Below are positions 12,082 through 22,512 of a stretch of DNA of 64,000 nucleotides, one piece after another. Position 1 is the first letter of the stretch. Each line of letters begins with the position of its first letter. Below the pieces are notes generated by a model. That model saw only the letters and a list, made by a program, of their open reading frames with translations, did not search any database and was not told where the DNA came from. The DNA comes from Alphaproteobacteria bacterium (GTDB lineage: Bacteria; Pseudomonadota; Alphaproteobacteria; SP197): contig OZ219917.1 of assembly GCA_964291415.2 (NCBI GenBank), positions 448,001-512,000 on the forward strand. Direction: 5' to 3'. The translations under genes were made by a program, and so were the position numbers.

Positions 12082-13509
12082 TCAGCGTTGAGGCTGGCCG
12101 AGCAGATGCTCGAGAGTTTCGACATCCTCGGCCAGGGCCGGATCCTTCGCCTTGAGTTCCTCGATCTTGCGCACGCCGTGCATCACCGTCGTATGGTCTC
12201 GGCCGCCGAACCGGCGGCCGATTTCAGGCAGGCTGCGGTTGGTCAGACGCTTGACGAGGTACATGGCAACCTGACGCGGTCTGGCGATGGCCCGCTCCTT
12301 GCGGCTCGACAGCATGTCCGCCAGACGCAGGTTGAAGTGGTCCGCCACCATCTTCTGGATCTCCTCCACCGTCACCCGCCGTTCCTGGGCGCGCAACAGG
12401 TCGCGCAGAAGCTCGCGGGTCGAATCGAGGGTGACCGGCTGCCCCACCATATGAACATGGGCCACAACCCGGTTGAGAGCTCCCTCGAGTTCGCGGACGT
12501 TGGAGGTGATGGTGGTGGCAAGAAACTCCAGCACAGCCGTCGGCACCACGTCTTCGGGGTTGGTGCCGGGCCGCTTTTCGCCGATGCTGTGAACCAGCTT
12601 GTTTTTCAGGATGTCGAGGCGCAGGGCGTAGTCTGCCGGACGGAGCAGGGCCACGACGCCGCCGTTGAGGCGGGACCGCAGTCGCTCGTCGATTCCCTCG
12701 AGATTCGACGGCGCCCGGTCAGCGGTGATCACGATTTGCCGGTTGAGGTCGGCAAGGGCATTGAAGGTGTGAAGGAACTCTTCCTGGGTGGATGCCTTGT
12801 CGGCGATGAACTGGATGTCGTCGATCATCAGGACATCCACCGACCTGAACTCGTTCTTGAACGCCATTGTGTCCTTGAAGCGAAGGGCGTGCACGAAGCG
12901 CGTCATGAACTTCTCGGCTGACATGAAGAGACCCTGGCGTTCCGGCCGTTGCGTACGGATCCGCCAGGCGATGGCATTCATCAGGTGGGTCTTGCCCAGT
13001 CCGACGCTGCCGTAGAGATACAGCGGGTTGTAGGACACCCGGTTGCTGTCAGCGACGTCCATGGCGGCCCGGTGGGCGAAGTGATTGGTCTCGCCGATCA
13101 CGAAGTTCTCGAACGTGAACCGCGGATTGAGCTGGGTGGCGGCGCCGGCCACGTCCCTGGAAACCCGTGCCAGGCCGTCAACGGTGCCGAGACGGCGCTG
13201 GAGGGGACGAACCTCCCGGGTCTTGGGACGGCGCTCGGGAACTCCGACGGTGATGGCGATGTCGGTGATCTCATCGCTTTCGCCACACCACAGGTCACGC
13301 AGGCGCTCGCCGCAACGCGACATGACCCATCTCTTCATGTTGTCTCCCGGTACCCGCAGAACGACCTTGGTTCCCGACACACCGTCGAGAGTGAGTGGCC
13401 GCAGCCATGTCCTGAAAGCCGCCTCTCCAAGCTCTGCCCTCAACCGCGAGCGCACACGCTTCCACTGGTCCTCGACGAGGGCCGTGCGCTTGAGCGGCCT
13501 GGCCGCCAT
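12082..13509 (-). CDS. dnaA: Chromosomal replication initiator DnaA
   Basis: NPLYLYGSVGLGKTHL, IDDIQF, NVRELEGAL, GGRDHTTVMH; start uncertain. Confidence 0.96.
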   Translation of the reverse strand: MAARPLKRTALVEDQWKRVRSRLRAELGEAAFRTWLRPLTLDGVSGTKVVLRVPGDNMKRWVMSRCGERLRDLWCGESDEITDIAITVGVPERRPKTREVRPLQRRLGTVDGLARVSRDVAGAATQLNPRFTFENFVIGETNHFAHRAAMDVADSNRVSYNPLYLYGSVGLGKTHLMNAIAWRIRTQRPERQGLFMSAEKFMTRFVHALRFKDTMAFKNEFRSVDVLMIDDIQFIADKASTQEEFLHTFNALADLNRQIVITADRAPSNLEGIDERLRSRLNGGVVALLRPADYALRLDILKNKLVHSIGEKRPGTNPEDVVPTAVLEFLATTITSNVRELEGALNRVVAHVHMVGQPVTLDSTRELLRDLLRAQERRVTVEEIQKMVADHFNLRLADMLSSRKERAIARPRQVAMYLVKRLTNRSLPEIGRRFGGRDHTTVMHGVRKIEELKAKDPALAEDVETLEHLLGQPQR

Positions 13510-13867
13510 CAACCTGCCCTCCGGGCTGACCCATGCAGGCCTTGGCGGATACAACATTGTGATATTGTGAGACTTTATTATGGCGCCCATCGATTCAGTG
13601 CTCCCCGGCTCTCCCCGAAATGTGTTCCCGGTTGTTTGTGGTTCCCGGTGTTTTGCCTCGCTCCCTCACCCAAGGATCGGCTCGCAATCCGGCCTTCAAA
13701 CTAGAGCGGGCATTGACGGACAACAACACAGCGCAACCGCCAATCCGCCGGCAGCAGAGGCCGGAGCTGTTGACGGCTGCTGTATGAATCGGGGAAAGGT
13801 TGCCTTCCCGTTGTCGCGGAAAGGGGAGCCGATTACGCCAGATTGGGCAGCGCGAGGCTGCCGGTCA

Positions 13868-14128
13868 CTACATCTTGGCGATACGCCTGGAGAGTCGCGA
13901 AACCTTCCGTGATGCTGCGTTGCGATGGATAACTCCGAGCCTGGCCCCTCGCGCCAACTCGGACTCGGCCTGCCGCAGCATGGTGGCCGCCGCGTCCTTC
14001 TCGCCGGCGGCAATCGCCGTCTCCACCTTGACCACGAACGTGCGCATGCGGCTCATCCGCTGGCGGTTTACCGCGGTTTTGCGGGCTGTCTGGCGTACTC
14101 TCTTGCGGGCCTGAAGGCTGTTGGCCAT
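13868..14128 (-). CDS. rpsT: 30S ribosomal protein S20
   Basis: MANSLQARKRVRQ...IHRNAASRKVSRL. Confidence 0.96.
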   Translation of the reverse strand: MANSLQARKRVRQTARKTAVNRQRMSRMRTFVVKVETAIAAGEKDAAATMLRQAESELARGARLGVIHRNAASRKVSRLSRRIAKM

Positions 14129-14277
14129 GTCGCTTGTCCACTCACGGAAAGGCGGCTTATACCTGTGGCCGCAGGGGCCGTCAATTCAGGAAATCTGCGG
14201 AGTCACGCTCCCTTGCGGTGTGGTCGGGGCCAATTGCGAAACCAAACACTTTGCGAATCGGCCGACTCGAGTCGCGA

Positions 14278-15108
14278 TCAGCGCTGACAGTGGCCGCAAA
14301 GATACGTCGATCGTCCCGACTGGACGATCCGCCGGATGATGCCGGCGCATCCGGCGGTCGGACACGGATCGTTCTCGCGGCCATAGACGCGGAAGTCGTG
14401 CTGGAAATAACCGGGCTCGCCCGACGTCCGGACATGATCCCTGAGCGACGAGCCCCCGGCGGCGATGGCACGGTGAAGGACATCGCCCAGTGCATCGGCG
14501 AGTGCCGCCGCCCGGCCGGGGCCGATGTGGGCTGCCAGGCGGCGAGGCGAGATACGCGCCTGGTGAAGGGATTCCGAGGCATAGATGTTGCCGACGCCGC
14601 CGACAATCTCCTGATTGAGAAGCGCCGCCTTGACCGGTGTCCGGCGCCCGGCGAGACGGGCGAGAAAAGAACCTGTTGTGAATGAGTTGTCGAGGGGGTC
14701 GGGGGCCAGGTGGCGGAGCAGGGGATGATCGTTCTCGGCGGTTCCGGCAACCAGGGTCATGAGGCCGAAGCGGCGCTGGTCGTTGAAGACGACCTCGTTG
14801 CCGTCCTCCAGCGTGAACACGACGTGGTCGTGAGGCCCGGGAAGGGAACCGGTGCGGCACCGGACGAGAAAGTTCCCCGACATGCCGAGATGACAGATCA
14901 CCACCTCTGCGTCGTCGAGATCGACCAGGAGATACTTCGCCCGGCGCCGCAACCCCGTGACCCGACGTCCCGCAAGGCGCCTGGCAAAGTCGGGGGGAAA
15001 CGGGATCCTGAGATCCGGCCGGCGCACCTCGACATCGACGATGCGCTGGCCGCGGAGAACGGGCTCGAGACCCCGGCGGACCGTTTCGACTTCAGGAAGT
15101 TCCGGCAT
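14278..15108 (-). CDS. mutM: Formamidopyrimidine-DNA glycosylase (Fpg)
   Basis: [30 protein letters not shown]-terminal zinc finger. Confidence 0.96.
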   Translation of the reverse strand: MPELPEVETVRRGLEPVLRGQRIVDVEVRRPDLRIPFPPDFARRLAGRRVTGLRRRAKYLLVDLDDAEVVICHLGMSGNFLVRCRTGSLPGPHDHVVFTLEDGNEVVFNDQRRFGLMTLVAGTAENDHPLLRHLAPDPLDNSFTTGSFLARLAGRRTPVKAALLNQEIVGGVGNIYASESLHQARISPRRLAAHIGPGRAAALADALGDVLHRAIAAGGSSLRDHVRTSGEPGYFQHDFRVYGRENDPCPTAGCAGIIRRIVQSGRSTYLCGHCQR

Positions 15109-15138
15109 GAAGGCTGCCAGTGGCCATATCGGACAATT

Positions 15139-15156
15139 GTGACAAGTTCATGACAA
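15139..15156 (-). promoter_or_regulatory. Candidate Pho box / OmpR-family direct repeat (TTGTCAT-gaac-TTGTCAC)
   Basis: Two 7-mers 11 bp apart resembling CTGTCAT-N4-CTGTCAY, in the divergent mutM/ubiE spacer. Confidence 0.45.
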
Positions 15157-15261
15157 GTGCACAATAAACCGATCACCGTCGGCCCGGCGCCCACCATAGC
15201 CCGATTGCCATGGTGACGTCTCCCAGGGATCGGGCAACGACAACCTGTGCTACAAGGGGCC

Positions 15262-16014
15262 ATGATCACGGACGACTATCAGGACCATGCCGGCCGGTTC
15301 GGCGAGGAGCGTGTCGGTGAAGCCCGCAAGGAGGCCATGGTCGGTGCCGTCTTCGGCGAGGTCGCGGAATCCTACGACCTGATGAACGATCTCATGTCCG
15401 CAGGAGTGCATCGCCTGTGGAAACGCGAGATGGTGACGCTGATGGCCCGCGATCTTTCCCGCGGTCGCATCATCGACGTCGCCGGCGGCACAGGCGACGT
15501 CGCCTTCGCCCTGGCGCGCCGCGGGTTCCAGGTGGACGTCGTCGACATCAACAGGTCCATGATCGATGTCTCGCGATCACGCCGCCGGAGAGGGATTCCC
15601 GACGGATCGCTGACCTTCGTGTGCGGTCGCGCCGAGGCGCTGCCCTATCGCGACGGTTCGCTGGACGGCTGCACCAATGCCTTCGGCATCCGCAATGTCA
15701 CGCACATTGACCGGGCTCTCGCCGAGGCCTTCCGTGTCCTGAGACCCGGAGGCCGGTTCCTGTGCCTCGAGTTCGGCCGTCCGGCGCGACCCATCGCCGG
15801 CCTCTACCAGCGTGCCTCGCGAAACGTGATTCCGCGCCTCGGCGCCCTCGTTGCCGGCAGCGCCGGATCCTACCGCTATCTCGTGGAAAGCATCGCCCGC
15901 TTTCCCGACCAGCACCGCTTTGCCGCCATGGTCCGCGAGGCCGGTTTCAGCCATGTGGCGACGCGCAACCTCTCGGGCGGGATCGCCGCGTTGACGACGG
16001 CCTGGCGCCTGTAG
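15262..16014 (+). CDS. ubiE: Ubiquinone/menaquinone C-methyltransferase UbiE/MenG
   Basis: YDLMNDLMSAGVHRLWK, DVAGGTGD, FGIRNV, CLEF, YRYLVESI. Confidence 0.93.
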   Translation: MITDDYQDHAGRFGEERVGEARKEAMVGAVFGEVAESYDLMNDLMSAGVHRLWKREMVTLMARDLSRGRIIDVAGGTGDVAFALARRGFQVDVVDINRSMIDVSRSRRRRGIPDGSLTFVCGRAEALPYRDGSLDGCTNAFGIRNVTHIDRALAEAFRVLRPGGRFLCLEFGRPARPIAGLYQRASRNVIPRLGALVAGSAGSYRYLVESIARFPDQHRFAAMVREAGFSHVATRNLSGGIAALTTAWRL

Positions 16015-16087
16015 CGGCCGTGCGGCGGGCGGTTCTCCAGAACACGACAACAGGCGTATAGTGGGGACAGACAAGGGAACCTCGACG

Positions 16088-17293
16088 ATGCTTGACAGCA
16101 GGAGTGTCCTTCTCGTCATCTCGGGCGGTATTGCCGCCTGCAAGTCTCTCGATCTCATCCGCCAGCTGCGCGCGGAAGGGGCCCGCGTACGGTGTGTTCT
16201 CACGCCGGCCGCTCTCGAGTTCGTGACACCCCTTGCCGTGGCGTCACTCTCCGACGAGCCGGTTTTCCAGGACCTCTTCACGCCGACCGGTGACACCGGG
16301 ATGGACCATATACGCCTGTCGCGGGAGGCTGACCTCGTGGTGGTGGCGCCGGCGACGGCCGATATCATGGGCCGCATGGCAGGGGGTCTGGCGGACGACC
16401 TGGCGACGGCGATCCTGCTTGCCACCGACAAGCCGGTGCTTGCGGCGCCGTCCATGAACACGCGCATGTGGGAGAATCCCGCCGTCAGGCGCAATGTGGC
16501 CCGGCTCATCGCCGACGGCGTCACCATGGTGGGGCCGGAAGCAGGGGATCTCGCGTGCGGCGAAACCGGACCGGGGCGCATGAGCGAACCGGATGCCATC
16601 GTCGATGCGATCGCCGCCCTCCTCGGGCGGAGCGACACCGGACCGCTCAGCGGCCGCCACGTCCTCGTCACGAGCGGCCCGACACACGAACCGGTTGACC
16701 CGGTCCGCTATGTCGGCAACCGCAGTTCCGGCAAGCAGGGACATGCGGTGGCGACAGCCTGTGTCGACCTTGGCGCGCGCGTGACCCTGGTGTCGGGGCC
16801 CGTGGCCCTTGCCGATCCGCCGGGGACCGATGTTGTCCATGTCGAGACCGCCTGCGACATGCTGCATGCCTGCCTCGATGCCCTGCCTGCCGATGCCGCG
16901 GTGTGCGCCGCCGCGGTCGCCGACTGGCGGGTGGCCGAACCCCGTTCCGTCAAGTGGAAGAAGGATGCCGGAGGAACGCCGGTTCTCGAACTCGTCGAGA
17001 ACCCCGACATCCTTGCCACCATCGCGTCTTCGGGGAACAGCCGGCCGGACCTCGTCATAGGCTTTGCCGCCGAGACCGGTGATGTGCTCGTTGAAGCGTC
17101 GAAGAAGCGCGCCGCCAAGATGTGCGACTGGATCGTCGCCAACGATGTCAGCCCGGGAACCGATACCTTTGGCGGTGACAACAACGTCATCCACCTGGTG
17201 GGTCCTCAGGGCGCGGAAGCGTGGCCCCGCATGGCCAAGGCGGAGGTCGCGCGGCGGCTGGCCGGAAGAATTGCGGATCACTTCAACCCATGA
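16088..17293 (+). CDS. coaBC: Phosphopantothenoylcysteine decarboxylase/ligase
   Basis: SGGIAACKS, APATA, PSMNTRMW, LACGETGPGRM, DPVRYVGNRSSGKQG, GFAAET. Confidence 0.96.
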   Translation: MLDSRSVLLVISGGIAACKSLDLIRQLRAEGARVRCVLTPAALEFVTPLAVASLSDEPVFQDLFTPTGDTGMDHIRLSREADLVVVAPATADIMGRMAGGLADDLATAILLATDKPVLAAPSMNTRMWENPAVRRNVARLIADGVTMVGPEAGDLACGETGPGRMSEPDAIVDAIAALLGRSDTGPLSGRHVLVTSGPTHEPVDPVRYVGNRSSGKQGHAVATACVDLGARVTLVSGPVALADPPGTDVVHVETACDMLHACLDALPADAAVCAAAVADWRVAEPRSVKWKKDAGGTPVLELVENPDILATIASSGNSRPDLVIGFAAETGDVLVEASKKRAAKMCDWIVANDVSPGTDTFGGDNNVIHLVGPQGAEAWPRMAKAEVARRLAGRIADHFNP

Positions 17294-17394
17294 CGGAGCT
17301 CTGTCCCCGGGACTCACCTTCATGCGGGCGCCTTCGCCGACGGTCATTCCAACCCGCGGCGGCGTCCTGCGGGACCGGGGTATCCGTGCGCTGA
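17290..17394 (+). pseudogene. dut: Probable collapsed remnant of dUTPase (dut)
   Basis: Occupies the usual dut slot between coaBC and moeB; ATG overlaps the coaBC stop; 3' end encodes TRGG..GTGV-like fragments of Dut motif V; only 105 bp. Confidence 0.45.
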
Positions 17395-17397
17395 TCC

Positions 17398-18201
17398 ATG
17401 GACCTTTCCGACTTCACCGAAGAGCAGCTTCACCGCTACGCCCGGCACATCGTCATGCCGGAGGTCGGCGGCGGCGGGCAGATCAGATTGCTCAATTCGC
17501 GGGTGCTCGTCGTCGGAGCGGGTGGTCTCGGGGCGCCCCTTCTCATGTACCTGGCAGCCGCCGGCGTCGGTACGCTGGGCGTGATCGACGGCGACCGGGT
17601 CGATCTGTCGAACCTGCAGCGCCAGATCATTCACACGACCCCGCGGATCGGCAGATGGAAGACCGAAAGCGCGCGCAGCACCATCGCCGCCATCAATCCC
17701 GGCGTCGAGGTTCGCTGTCACACGGAACGTCTCGACCATCTCAATGCGCTGACCATTCTTGCCGACTACGATCTGGTGTGCGACGGCTCGGACAACTTCC
17801 CGACACGCTACCTTGTCAACGATGCCTGTCATCTGGCGGCAAAGCCCCTGGTGAGTGCCGCCATGATGCGATTCGATGGCCAGCTGACGACCTTTCCTGC
17901 CGACGGCCCATGCTACCGGTGCCTGTTTCCCGAAGCGCCGCCCGACGGTCTCGTGCCGTCCTGCTCCGAGGCCGGAATACTGGGCGCCATTGCCGGTGTG
18001 ATGGGAACGTTGCAGGCCGCCGAGGCCATCAAGGAACTGCTCGAACTCGGCGACCGCCTCGCCGGCACGCTGCTGATCTACGACGCCCTGGCCGCCTCCT
18101 TTCACCGGGTCGCCTACGAACGCGACCCGGGCTGTGCGTTGTGCGGCGAGGCGCCAGGCATCGTCGATCTTTCGCCCCACGCCAGCCGGACGTGTTCGTG
18201 A
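17398..18201 (+). CDS. moeB: MoeB/ThiF-family adenylyltransferase
   Basis: RYARHIVM, GAGGLG, SNLQRQ, DGSDNF, CYRC and CALC. Confidence 0.92.
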   Translation: MDLSDFTEEQLHRYARHIVMPEVGGGGQIRLLNSRVLVVGAGGLGAPLLMYLAAAGVGTLGVIDGDRVDLSNLQRQIIHTTPRIGRWKTESARSTIAAINPGVEVRCHTERLDHLNALTILADYDLVCDGSDNFPTRYLVNDACHLAAKPLVSAAMMRFDGQLTTFPADGPCYRCLFPEAPPDGLVPSCSEAGILGAIAGVMGTLQAAEAIKELLELGDRLAGTLLIYDALAASFHRVAYERDPGCALCGEAPGIVDLSPHASRTCS

Positions 18202-18815
18202 ACACCTACAGCTACCTCAACGACGGGGCCCTGATCTACGCCAGGTCGCGATCGATCATCGAGGCTGAAACCGGGTTGTCGATGGTGCCGGAGGCCCTGC
18301 GCGAGGTCGCGCTGAGACTCATTCACAGTTGTGGCATGACCGACGTGGTCAAGGACCTCGATGCCTCGCCCGGGGCGGTGGCTGCCGGCCGCCGGGCCCT
18401 TGCCTGCGGGGCGCCGGTGCTTTGCGATGTCGACATGACGGCGAAGGGAATCATCACCCGGTTGCTGCCGGCGCAGAACCGCGTCGTGTGTACGGTCCAC
18501 ACCTCCCGGGTGCGGCAACATGCGAAGCGTTCCGCCACCACGCGATCATGGGCGGCGGCGGATCTCTGGGGCGGAATGCTCGAGGAAGCCGTGGTGGCCA
18601 TCGGCAATGCGCCCACCGCACTCTACCGCGTTCTCGAGAAGGCGCCGGATGTCCGCCCGGCCCTGATCATCGGCATGCCCGTCGGATTTGTCGGTGCGGT
18701 GGAGGCGAAATCTGCCCTGGCGGAAAGCGGTCTCGACTACATTACGGTTCACGGTCGCCGGGGCGGCAGCGCCATGGCAGCGGCGGCGGTGAATGCGCTT
18801 TGCGGGACCCTCTAG
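18198..18815 (+). CDS. cobH: Precorrin-8X methylmutase
   Basis: IYARSRSII, RLIHSCG, TRS, AIGNAPTAL, GMPVGFVGA, GRRGGSAMAAAAVNAL; GTG start overlaps moeB stop. Confidence 0.93.
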   Translation: MNTYSYLNDGALIYARSRSIIEAETGLSMVPEALREVALRLIHSCGMTDVVKDLDASPGAVAAGRRALACGAPVLCDVDMTAKGIITRLLPAQNRVVCTVHTSRVRQHAKRSATTRSWAAADLWGGMLEEAVVAIGNAPTALYRVLEKAPDVRPALIIGMPVGFVGAVEAKSALAESGLDYITVHGRRGGSAMAAAAVNALCGTL

Positions 18816-20021
18816 GTGGTGCCCTGGCTTGCCGTCGTCGGGCTCGGCGAGGATGGACCGGATGGTCTGCCCGACTCCGCACGGACACTGATTGACGGCG
18901 CCGAGGTGCTGGTGGGTGGCCGCCGTCACCTCGCCATGGTCGATGCAGGCGGCAGACCCGCACTCGCCTGGGAATCGCCCCTTTCGCGGACGGTGGAGGC
19001 GATTGCTGCCCACGAGGGACGCCGGGTCTGTGTCCTGGCGACAGGGGATCCCATGCACTATGGCATCGGTGTCACGCTGGCGCGCCGATTCGGCAGGGAG
19101 GCTCTCGTGGTGCTGCCGGCGCCGTCGGCCTTTTCCCTCGCCTGTGCCCGCCTTGCCTGGCCGCTGGCCGAGACTGTCCAGCTCACGCTGCACGGGCGGC
19201 CGCCGGAACTCGTGCGCGCCCACCTCGCGCCGGGCCAGAAGATGCTGATCCTTTCCCACGATGCGACAACGCCGCCGACCGTCTGCCGCCTGCTCTGCGA
19301 GGCGGGTTACGGTGCAAGCGAGGTCCACGTCCTCTGTCACCTGGGCGGCACCAGGGAGCGCGTACTGAGCGGCACCGCCGGGTCCCTGGTCGATTGTCAT
19401 GCAGACGATCTCAACACCCTGGCGATCGAGCCGAAGGCCGATGCCGGGGTGTCGCCGCTTCCCCGCACTCCTGGGCTTCCCGACAGCGCCTTCCGCAATG
19501 ACGGCCAGCTGACCCGGCGCGAAGTGAGAGCGGCGACACTGGCAGCCCTCATGCCCCTTGGTGGACAGCGGCTGTGGGATGTCGGCGCCGGTTGCGGGTC
19601 CATCGCCATTGAGTGGATGCGGGCAGCCGGGCAGGCCACGGCGATCGCCATCGAGCGCGATCCGGCGCGATCGGCCATCATTGCCGAGAATGCCGCGACC
19701 CTGGGTGTACCCGGAATCGGCATCGTCACGGGCTCCGCGCCAGCTGCTCTGGCGCAACTCGAGACGCCCGACGCGGTGTTTATCGGCGGAGGCCTTGCCG
19801 GCGGCACCATTGCCGGACCCTGCTGGGAGGCGCTGCCCCGGGGAGGACGCCTGGTCGCCAACGCGGTGACCGTGGAGAGTGAACAGGTGCTGGCCACCCT
19901 CCACCGGGATCTGGGAGGCGACCTGGTGCGGATTGCCGTCTCGCATGTCCGGCCGGTGGGCGGGTTCTCGGGCTGGAAGCCGGCGATGCCGGTGACGCAG
20001 TGGCGTGTCATCAAGCCATGA
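18816..20021 (+). CDS. cobL: Precorrin-6Y C5,15-methyltransferase (decarboxylating), CbiE-CbiT fusion
   Basis: VVGLGEDG, ATGDPMHYGIG, GQLTRREVRA, WDVGAGCGSIAIEW, NAVTVE. Confidence 0.93.
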   Translation: MVPWLAVVGLGEDGPDGLPDSARTLIDGAEVLVGGRRHLAMVDAGGRPALAWESPLSRTVEAIAAHEGRRVCVLATGDPMHYGIGVTLARRFGREALVVLPAPSAFSLACARLAWPLAETVQLTLHGRPPELVRAHLAPGQKMLILSHDATTPPTVCRLLCEAGYGASEVHVLCHLGGTRERVLSGTAGSLVDCHADDLNTLAIEPKADAGVSPLPRTPGLPDSAFRNDGQLTRREVRAATLAALMPLGGQRLWDVGAGCGSIAIEWMRAAGQATAIAIERDPARSAIIAENAATLGVPGIGIVTGSAPAALAQLETPDAVFIGGGLAGGTIAGPCWEALPRGGRLVANAVTVESEQVLATLHRDLGGDLVRIAVSHVRPVGGFSGWKPAMPVTQWRVIKP

Positions 20022-20725
20022 CTGAAGGGATTCTCTATGGCCTTGGCGTGGGCCCGGGCGATCCCGAACTCGTCACCCTGAAGGCGTACCGCATTCTCGG
20101 CGAGGTTCCCGTCATCGCCTGGCCTGCTCCGCAGTCAGGAGAAAGCCTGGCCCGCTCGATCATCGCCCCGTGGCTGCGTGGTGACCGGGAGGAAATCGCC
20201 ATTCGCATGCCGCTCGACGCCAACAGGTTTCCGGCCGAAGAGGTCTATAGCCGCGCGGTCGACGCCATCAGCCGCCATCTCGACGCCGGCCGGGATGTCG
20301 CCGTCATCTGCGAGGGCGATCCGTTCTTCTACGGAAGTTTCATGTATCTCTTTGCCCGTGTGGCAGACCGCTACCAGGTCGAAGTGGTGCCTGGCGTTTC
20401 CTCCCTCATGGCCTGTCCGGCCGCCGCCGGCGTGCCGCTGGCGGCTCGCAACGATGCGCTGCTGGTGTGTCCGGGCACTCTCAGCGATGCGGCGATGACG
20501 GAGCGTCTTGCCTTTGCCGACTCTGTCGCCATCATCAAGGTGGGCCGCCACCTGGCAAGGATCAGGCGCGTTCTCGATGCGGCAGGCCTGCTCGGCCACG
20601 CCTGGTACGTGGCCCATGCCACCATGGGTCATCAGGTCGTGATGCCCCTTGCGGGCGTCACCGACGCCACCGGACCCTACTTTTCCATGATCCTTGTTCA
20701 TCGCCGCGGCGAGGCATGGCGATGA
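20018..20725 (+). CDS. cobI: Precorrin-2 C20-methyltransferase
   Basis: LYGLGVGPGDPELVTLKA, EGDPFFYGSF, VPGVSS, PYFSMIL. Confidence 0.93.
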   Translation: MTEGILYGLGVGPGDPELVTLKAYRILGEVPVIAWPAPQSGESLARSIIAPWLRGDREEIAIRMPLDANRFPAEEVYSRAVDAISRHLDAGRDVAVICEGDPFFYGSFMYLFARVADRYQVEVVPGVSSLMACPAAAGVPLAARNDALLVCPGTLSDAAMTERLAFADSVAIIKVGRHLARIRRVLDAAGLLGHAWYVAHATMGHQVVMPLAGVTDATGPYFSMILVHRRGEAWR

Positions 20726-22512
20726 CCCTTCCCGCCGGGACCGTGGTGATCTGCCTTGCCGCCTCGGGGTTGCCGATGGCGAGACGGATCGCCGAAAGCC
20801 TGCCGGGCGCCCGTGTGCACGGCCTCGCGCACCGGGTGGAGGACGCCGACGTCACGTTCACGGCGACAGTGGATCATGTGGCGGAACTCTTCGCGGCCGG
20901 CGTCCCCGTCATCGGTCTGTGCGCCACCGGCATCCTGATTCGCGCCGTGGCGCCCCTTGTCGCTGACAAGACGAACGAACCCCCCTTGCTGGCCGTGACC
21001 GAGGACGGAACATCGATCATCCCGCTTCTCGGTGGCCACCGGGGGGCCAACCGCCTGGCGCGCCACTGCGCCGCGGTGACGGGCGGCCACGCGGTCACGA
21101 CAACGCTGGGCGACGTGCGATTCCCGCGCGCCCTCGACGAGATGCCGCGAGGCTGGCGCCTTGCCGCGACCTCCCGCACGGCGCCGGTGATGGCCGCTGT
21201 GGCTGCCGGCGAGACTGTCCGCCTCAGCGTCGAGGCGGGCGACGCGACTTGGCTCGAGGAGACAGGCCTTGAATCCTCCGGCGACGGGCGTCTCGAGGTG
21301 TGCGTGACCGACCGCAGTGACCGGTCGGCCGATCTCGTGTTGCATCCCCCTGTGCTGGCCGTCGGCGCCGGCTGCGAACGCGGCTGCGACGCCGGGGAGC
21401 TGGTGTCGCTGGTGCTCGAGACACTGGGGGCAGCGGGCCTGGCGCAACAGGCAGTCGCCTGTGTCGCCAGCCTGGACATCAAGTCCGATGAACCGGCGAT
21501 GCTGACCCTTGCCGAACACCTCGACGTGCCGCTGGTGGTCTTCCCGGCCGAACGTCTCGAGGAGGAATTGCCGCGTCTTTGTCATCCGTCGGACATTGTC
21601 CATGCCGTCACCGGTTGCCATGGCGTGGCGGAGGGTGCGGCCCTGGCAGTGGCCGGTGACGCGGGCGATCTCGTGGTGGCAAAGACCAGGTCGCGCCGGG
21701 CCACCTGCGCCGTTGCCCGGGCGCCGGACGCCATAGACGCCGAGGCCGTTGGCACCAGGCCCGGCCATCTCGCCATTGTCGGCCTCGGGCCCGGTGCGGA
21801 GCACTTGAGGACGCTGCAGGCAAGCCGGGCGATCGGCGAAGCCAGCGACGTGGTCGGCTATCGCGCCTACCTCGACCTCATACCCGCCCTGGTGCGCTCC
21901 AGAACCTGCCATGCCTTTGACCTCGGCGAGGAGACCGGGCGCTGCCGGCATGCCCTCGACCTTGCCGCCGCCGGCAGGAAGGTCGTCCTTGTCAGCTCCG
22001 GGGACCCGGGCATCTACGCCATGGCAAGCCTGGTTCACGAACTGATCGACGGCTCCACCCGGTGGCGCGGTGTCGGGATCAGCGTCATCCCCGGTGTTTC
22101 CGCGGTCCAGCTTGCGGCAGCCGAGTCCGGAGCCCCCATTGGCCACGATTTCTGCGCCATCTCGCTTTCGGATCTCCTGACACCGCGTGACACCGTGCTC
22201 GCCCGCGTGCGCGCGGCCGCCGAGGGAGATTTTGTCGTGGCCTTCTACAACCCGGTGTCCGGACGCCGGCGTCTTCTCCTCGGCCTCGCCCGGGACATTC
22301 TCCTTGAGCATCGCGATCCCGCCACGCCGGTGGTCATCGGCCGGCTGCTGGGACGCGAGGGGCATTCTCTCGCTCACACGACACTGGACTCGCTGGATGC
22401 CGGCGCAGTCGACATGCTGAGCCTCGTCATCGTCGGCTCGTCGCAGACCAGGCGCTACCGCCACCGTGGGCGCACCGTGGTCTATACGCCGCGCGGCTAC
22501 GCCGCGTCATGA
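20722..22512 (+). CDS. cobJ: CbiG-CobJ fusion (precorrin-3B C17-methyltransferase)
   Basis: CbiG part ([32 protein letters not shown]) fused to CobJ part ([40 protein letters not shown]). Confidence 0.92.
   Translation: MTLPAGTVVICLAASGLPMARRIAESLPGARVHGLAHRVEDADVTFTATVDHVAELFAAGVPVIGLCATGILIRAVAPLVADKTNEPPLLAVTEDGTSIIPLLGGHRGANRLARHCAAVTGGHAVTTTLGDVRFPRALDEMPRGWRLAATSRTAPVMAAVAAGETVRLSVEAGDATWLEETGLESSGDGRLEVCVTDRSDRSADLVLHPPVLAVGAGCERGCDAGELVSLVLETLGAAGLAQQAVACVASLDIKSDEPAMLTLAEHLDVPLVVFPAERLEEELPRLCHPSDIVHAVTGCHGVAEGAALAVAGDAGDLVVAKTRSRRATCAVARAPDAIDAEAVGTRPGHLAIVGLGPGAEHLRTLQASRAIGEASDVVGYRAYLDLIPALVRSRTCHAFDLGEETGRCRHALDLAAAGRKVVLVSSGDPGIYAMASLVHELIDGSTRWRGVGISVIPGVSAVQLAAAESGAPIGHDFCAISLSDLLTPRDTVLARVRAAAEGDFVVAFYNPVSGRRRLLLGLARDILLEHRDPATPVVIGRLLGREGHSLAHTTLDSLDAGAVDMLSLVIVGSSQTRRYRHRGRTVVYTPRGYAAS

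Noticed and set aside
13510-13867. oriC next to dnaA
   Set aside because: No convincing TTATCCACA-type boxes or extended AT-rich unwinding element seen; alphaproteobacterial origins are often elsewhere. The short GTTCCCGGT repeat does not fit LexA spacing
17064-18815. 583-aa novel fusion ending in CobH
   Set aside because: The 5' part overlaps coaBC and moeB in another frame; real cobH starts at GTG 18198
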